Source: Bacteroidales bacterium UBA2764
GTDB taxonomy: Bacteria > Bacteroidota > Bacteroidia > Bacteroidales > Paludibacteraceae
Length of the DNA: 34,032 nucleotides
Direction: 5' to 3'
Assembly (NCBI GenBank): GCA_002352705.1
Contig: DEIW01000042.1
Span: 14,407-48,438, forward strand
The notes under the pieces are model-generated. The model searched no databases. It was not told the origin of the DNA and saw only the letters and a program-made list of their open reading frames with translations. Within the stretch, counting starts at the first letter, position 1. Every line of letters begins with the position of its first letter. Below, one piece after another: positions 29,719 to 34,032 of the stretch. A program made the position numbers and the translations under genes.

Positions 29719-32322
29719 TTACAAGTCTTGTCCAAGTACGAAGTGGAACTGGCTTCCGCTATACTGTTTGGAGCCGTTGATTTCGTCGAATCCCCAACCC
29801 CAGTCAACACCCAGCAGACCGAACATAGGCAGGAAGATACGAACACCGACACCGGCGGAGCGTTTGAGGTTAAACGGATTGTAATCCCGGATATCCGCAA
29901 AACAGTTACCCGCCTCCAGGAACGCCAATGCCCAGATAGTGGCATTCTGTTCCAACGTAATAGGATAACGCAACTCCATTGTAAATTTATTATACAGATA
30001 ACCCATGTTACGTCCGCTGGAAATATCATACGGAGTCAGAGATCCTGCGGAATAACCGCGCAGAGCAACATACTCGGTGGAGTAGCCGGAAGAGTATCCC
30101 GCCATACCGTCGCCACCCATATAATATGTTTCGAACGGCGATTTGGCGTATTTGTTGAAGTAGCCCAGATAGCCGAACTCGGCACGTGTCATGAGGACCA
30201 GTTTGCTATCCCTCGTAAGCGGTGTGAAGACCTTTCCCGAGAATTTCCATTTATGGTACTCAATCAGGTTATACCGTTCCGAAGCGGGCAGTTCCGAATA
30301 GTCTTTACCTGTGATAGCAGACCACGGCGGCGTCACTTTTACGCCTACTACGAATTGCGAACCCCGGCGGGTATATATCGGGTTGTCAATGGACGAACGG
30401 GATAATTGCAGCGAGAGTGCCAAGTTATGCGCCATACCGTTGGTAATCAGCAGATATGGCCAGTCTTTCATCCAATACATCACATAACTCAACTCGGCAT
30501 AGAAACTGAAATAGTCATCCGGCCATTTGAGACGTTTACCATAACCGATAGAAACACCAATCTGGCGGATGAACTTGTCCTTGTCCGCTTCGGCCTCCGC
30601 TAACTGCTGGTAATAATTCGAGTTGCCGGAATAGTAGTAGTAACTGGAATAGGTGTTATACAGGTTCTGGTAGGCACGCTGATAACGGCTGGACCAACCG
30701 GTCTGGTTATAGAAGAAGAAACTGGCACTCAGCTGGTTCGGTCGTTTTCCGCCTAACCACGGTTCCAGGAATGACATCGAAACCTGGGTGGAGTAGATAC
30801 CGTTGGTGCGCAGGTTGATGGAGAACGTCTGTCCTTCGCCTTGCGGCACGATACGGTAGGCTTTCTTGTTAAAGAGATTCTGGATGGCAAAATTGGTGAA
30901 CTTGAATCCGATAGAACCGGTAATACCGGTAGCGCCCCATCCGAGTGAGAATTCAACCTGGTCGCTGGATTTGGTTTCCAATTGGTATGTGATATCTACC
31001 GTTCCGTCTTCCGGATTAGGCTGGATATCGGGCACGAGTTTCTCCTGGTCGAAGTGTCCCATCTGCGCCAACTCACGAAGCGAACGCATGATATCCGACT
31101 GGCTGTACAACTGTCCCGGCTTCGTGTATAACTCGCGGCGCACGACATGCTCGTACACGCGCGTGTTTCCTACAATATTGATTTCATTAATAGTAGCCGG
31201 TTTTCCCTCGTACATACGCATTTCAAAATCGATAGAGTCATTCTCTACATTCACCTCCACGGGTTCCACATTGAAGAAGAGATAGCCGCGGTCTGTGTAC
31301 AGTTTGCTCACAGCGTCGTCATCCGTCTGGAGCCGTTCATTGAGAGTCTTGAGATTATACACATCTCCGGGTTTGACACCGAGGGTGGCATCCAGCAGTT
31401 CGTAGGGATAGATGGTATTTCCGACCCATTTGATAGAGCGTACGTAGTATTTGTCTCCCTCGCTGAGAGTGATATACACATCAACCCGGTTTGGGTTCTC
31501 GGGGTTCGGCACTACGCTGTCCGCAACGATGTATGCGTCGCGGTAGCCGTACTCGTTGTATTTGTCGATGATAGCCTGTTTGTCTTTCTCGTATTCGGAG
31601 GTGACGAATTTCTTGGTGCGGAAGAGGTTGATGATATGGTTATCATTCGTTTTCTTCATCGCTTTGTTGATTTGCAGGTCACTCAGCGCTTTGTTCCCCG
31701 TCAAGTAGATTTTTCCTACCTTTGTCTTTACTTTCTTATCCACTGCAACCAGAACGCGGACATAGCCCGGGTGATCGGGGTCGGCTTTCTGAACGATATG
31801 TACATCGGCGTTATGGAAACCTTTTTCGGCAAAGTATTTCTTGATAACCGTTTTGGCATGATCTTCTACGTTCGGAGTCATCTGGCTACCCTGGCGGATA
31901 CCGGACTTGATTTCCAGATCCTCCCGTTCGCTTTTCTTGAGTCCCTCGAATCTCACCTCGCTGATACGCGGACGCTGCTCCAGTTCTATCACGAGCCAGA
32001 TTTTGTTTCCCTCAATCTTCTTGGCTTTGATCTTGACATTGGAGAACAGACCCTGTTTCCAGAACCGTTTGATGGCTTTGGTGACCTGCGGGCCGGGCAC
32101 TTCAATCTTATCCCCGACGGCCAGTCCGGAGAAACCGATGAGCACGAAATCTTCGTAACTATCCGCTCCTTCCACTTCAATGCCGGCAATTTCGTACGTC
32201 TTATGGGTCAAGCCATATTCGATATCCTGAGCCTTCGCCGCGGGGCAAAGGATCCAGATCGCACATGCAAAAAATAGTATTTTAATGAATCTGTTCACTT
32301 GTTTTTCCAAATCTACGTTCAC
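29719..32322 (-). CDS. bamA: Outer membrane protein assembly factor BamA
   Basis: 867 aa with POTRA repeats ([10 protein letters not shown]..., [11 protein letters not shown]...) and a C-terminal beta-barrel ending ...FHFVLGQDL. The start at 32322 overlaps the uppS end by 41 nt. Confidence 0.92.
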   Translation of the reverse strand: MNVDLEKQVNRFIKILFFACAIWILCPAAKAQDIEYGLTHKTYEIAGIEVEGADSYEDFVLIGFSGLAVGDKIEVPGPQVTKAIKRFWKQGLFSNVKIKAKKIEGNKIWLVIELEQRPRISEVRFEGLKKSEREDLEIKSGIRQGSQMTPNVEDHAKTVIKKYFAEKGFHNADVHIVQKADPDHPGYVRVLVAVDKKVKTKVGKIYLTGNKALSDLQINKAMKKTNDNHIINLFRTKKFVTSEYEKDKQAIIDKYNEYGYRDAYIVADSVVPNPENPNRVDVYITLSEGDKYYVRSIKWVGNTIYPYELLDATLGVKPGDVYNLKTLNERLQTDDDAVSKLYTDRGYLFFNVEPVEVNVENDSIDFEMRMYEGKPATINEINIVGNTRVYEHVVRRELYTKPGQLYSQSDIMRSLRELAQMGHFDQEKLVPDIQPNPEDGTVDITYQLETKSSDQVEFSLGWGATGITGSIGFKFTNFAIQNLFNKKAYRIVPQGEGQTFSINLRTNGIYSTQVSMSFLEPWLGGKRPNQLSASFFFYNQTGWSSRYQRAYQNLYNTYSSYYYYSGNSNYYQQLAEAEADKDKFIRQIGVSIGYGKRLKWPDDYFSFYAELSYVMYWMKDWPYLLITNGMAHNLALSLQLSRSSIDNPIYTRRGSQFVVGVKVTPPWSAITGKDYSELPASERYNLIEYHKWKFSGKVFTPLTRDSKLVLMTRAEFGYLGYFNKYAKSPFETYYMGGDGMAGYSSGYSTEYVALRGYSAGSLTPYDISSGRNMGYLYNKFTMELRYPITLEQNATIWALAFLEAGNCFADIRDYNPFNLKRSAGVGVRIFLPMFGLLGVDWGWGFDEINGSKQYSGSQFHFVLGQDL

Positions 32323-33022
32323 GTTTCTGATAATCGACTATGGCTTTGTAAAACTCTTCTTCGGTGAACTCAGGCCACAGGCAGTCTGTAAAATATAATT
32401 CGCTATAAGCCAATTGCCACAGCAGGAAATTACTGATGCGATACTCGCCGCTGGTACGGATGAGCAGGTCTGGGTCCGGCATCTCCCGGGTGGTCATGAG
32501 TGAAGAAACCAATTGTTCATTGATTTCGTCAGCTCGCAGCTCGCCAGCTTGCGCGCGACGCACTGCCTCGCGTACAGCCTCCGTAATCTCCCATCTGGCT
32601 GAATAACTGAGGGCAATCACCATCGTCAGCCCCGTATTACGGCTCGTCTGGTCTATACATCCTATGAATTTCCGGCGTGTCACTTCCGGCAGACGGTCTA
32701 TATCTCCGATAGTTTGCAACCGCACGTTGTTATTCATCAGCGTCGGTGTCTCTTTTACGATAGTATCTACCAGCAATGACATCAGTGCATCCACTTCCTC
32801 TTTCGGGCGGTTCCAGTTCTCCGTAGAAAAAGTATAGAGCGTGAGATAGCTGATGCCCAATTTGGTAGCTGCTACTGTGATATTATGCACGGTTTCCACT
32901 CCCTGTTTATGACCGAACATACGCGCCAAACCCTGTTTCTTTGCCCATCGGCCGTTACCATCCATGATGATAGCTATGTGCCGTGGGAGACGCTCGTTGT
33001 CTATTTGTGATTTATAATCCAT
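32282..33022 (-). CDS. uppS: Isoprenyl transferase (undecaprenyl-diphosphate synthase)
   Basis: [24 protein letters not shown] and [24 protein letters not shown] are canonical cis-prenyltransferase motifs. Confidence 0.93.
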   Translation of the reverse strand: MDYKSQIDNERLPRHIAIIMDGNGRWAKKQGLARMFGHKQGVETVHNITVAATKLGISYLTLYTFSTENWNRPKEEVDALMSLLVDTIVKETPTLMNNNVRLQTIGDIDRLPEVTRRKFIGCIDQTSRNTGLTMVIALSYSARWEITEAVREAVRRAQAGELRADEINEQLVSSLMTTREMPDPDLLIRTSGEYRISNFLLWQLAYSELYFTDCLWPEFTEEEFYKAIVDYQKRERRFGKTSEQIH

Positions 33023-33040
33023 AATCAGTTGATATTCACT

Positions 33041-33721
33041 TTAGTCGGTGTTGCATACCCGGCAGGCTTTTTTTGCTTTTGCGAACTCAAAGACAAAGCC
33101 CACCGTGAACATTCCTGTCAGGTCGCAGTTCATCCAGTTCCACCCGTTCATCTGGTGCTTGTTATCCAGTTCGTCCCTGCCTTCCAGATTGTCTGACATA
33201 TAGATATTATGCTGCCAAGCGATATTCAAGCCCACTTGCTCATGAAATTTCCATTTGAATCCGATACCCAGCGGGATATAGGCAGTAGCTCTGAGATTCT
33301 TGGTTCCTACGCCCGACGTTCCTGCGCCGATTCCCAGAAAGATATAGGGAGTATAGGGACGGATACGTTTGTCAAAACGGTTTGCGGTGCCAAAACGGAA
33401 GAAATTGAACTCTGCCATCACATCCACATTCACCAACTGGTTCTGCCATTTGCTATCCAGGCGCTCGCCGCGAATGGTGTAATTATGGCCGGTGATACGC
33501 TGGCCGGAAACCTTGACTTGCAAAGCCCATCGTTTGGTGAACTTGTACCGGAAATGGAGACCGTATGCTTCACGTGGCGCCATGAAAATATGTGGTGCAG
33601 CATCGCCTACATAATAGCCGGCCCCGCCCTGCAATCCGAACTCGCAGAGATACGGTTGTGCCTGAGCCCAAGCCCCTGTACTCAACAGGGAGAAAAACAC
33701 TATGTACAGTAACTTCTTCAA
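33041..33721 (-). CDS. Outer-membrane beta-barrel protein (DUF6089-like, usual neighbour of uppS-bamA in Bacteroidota)
   Basis: Signal peptide (M)KKLLYIVFFSLLSTGAWAQ and an alternating beta-strand pattern. The only in-frame start is a TTG at 33721, which overlaps the radA stop (TTGA). Confidence 0.7.
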   Translation of the reverse strand: MKKLLYIVFFSLLSTGAWAQAQPYLCEFGLQGGAGYYVGDAAPHIFMAPREAYGLHFRYKFTKRWALQVKVSGQRITGHNYTIRGERLDSKWQNQLVNVDVMAEFNFFRFGTANRFDKRIRPYTPYIFLGIGAGTSGVGTKNLRATAYIPLGIGFKWKFHEQVGLNIAWQHNIYMSDNLEGRDELDNKHQMNGWNWMNCDLTGMFTVGFVFEFAKAKKACRVCNTD

Positions 33722-34032
33722 TTCTGATTCTTGATTAACAACCGGAAGGCGTCTGTCACTCTTCTGACAGGTACGACCTGGATGGTATATCGTTTGTTAT
33801 CTATCTTGTTATCCGCCGGTACCAAGATGCGGCTGAATCCTAATTTCTGCGCTTCGGCGATGCGTTGCTCAATGCGGTTCACGGGGCGAATTTCTCCTGC
33901 CAGTCCCACCTCTCCGCATAAGCAAGTGGCGGTATCCAGGGCGATATCCATATTACTGCTCAACACGGCTGCCAGCACGGCGAGGTCGATAGCCGGATCC
34001 TGTACCCGTAGTCCTCCTGCGATATTCAGGAA
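33718..34032 (-). CDS. radA: DNA repair protein RadA/Sms, C-terminal Lon-like domain; the 5' end lies outside the window
   Basis: The frame is open from the window edge: FLNIAGGLRVQDPAIDLAVLAAVLSSNMDIALDTATCLCGEVGLAGEIRPVNRIEQRIAEAQKLGF. Confidence 0.88.
   Translation of the reverse strand, partial: FLNIAGGLRVQDPAIDLAVLAAVLSSNMDIALDTATCLCGEVGLAGEIRPVNRIEQRIAEAQKLGFSRILVPADNKIDNKRYTIQVVPVRRVTDAFRLLIKNQN

Noticed and set aside
42-32277. Long ORFs antisense to recognised genes (for example 42-674, 1458-2342, 5981-6781, 8816-9706, 11395-12261, 27605-28105, 29701-30405, 31147-32277)
   Set aside because: Each lies fully within a CDS on the opposite strand that has clear family motifs (pnp, antiporter, pta, GH13, the TGase-like protein, MFS, bamA). 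Their translations are low-complexity or lack recognisable motifs.
1-34032. Classical mobile element or genomic island (transposase, integrase, conjugation or phage genes; tRNA-adjacent integration)
   Set aside because: No such ORFs were found in six frames. The single tRNA is embedded between housekeeping-type OMP genes and has no flanking direct repeat of its 3' end.

Overview
This looks like a Bacteroidales-type chromosomal segment. Support: several -33 TTTG / N20 / -7 TAnnTTTG promoters, the gene order uppS-bamA-ompH-ompH, and signal peptides cleaved before Gln.

Left third (housekeeping): the 5' part of pnp (missing from the ORF track), a CPA2 antiporter, two OmpA-family proteins, a tRNA-CAU, pta, ackA, a cytoplasmic GH13 enzyme, a UbiA prenyltransferase, and a transglutaminase-like secreted protein.

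Right third: murF, an MFS transporter, two OmpH/Skp genes, bamA, uppS, a beta-barrel OMP, and the 3' part of radA.

Centre (13630-22729, all minus strand): a tightly packed nine-gene cluster of secreted paralogs behind one consensus promoter (23229-23260) and a ~450-nt leader. Seven proteins share an N-terminal module that reads like the CsgG/LpoB/FlgO type. Their C-terminal parts differ: two FGE-sulfatase fold, two FISUMP/DUF1566-like, one coiled coil plus two TM helices, and two truncated. Two LPP20/FlgP-like proteins sit among them. The middle of the cluster (14785-20112) is visibly AT-richer. I consider this the best candidate for an undescribed envelope system.

The window also carries many short repeats at gene boundaries:
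- GAGAATT heptamers flank an Avd-like four-helix-bundle gene that splits pta from ackA.
- A GTCATTTACCATTT-type element occurs in 5 copies, one of them in frame inside the MFS gene.
- A 3 x 16 bp array lies in frame in murF.
- 11-mer and 10-mer arrays lie between the ompH genes.

Other points: a solitary Arch_ATPase/DUF234-type ATPase is flanked by ~55-bp direct repeats, and one consensus promoter has no ORF behind it. I saw no CRISPR array, rRNA, transposase, integrase or reverse transcriptase.
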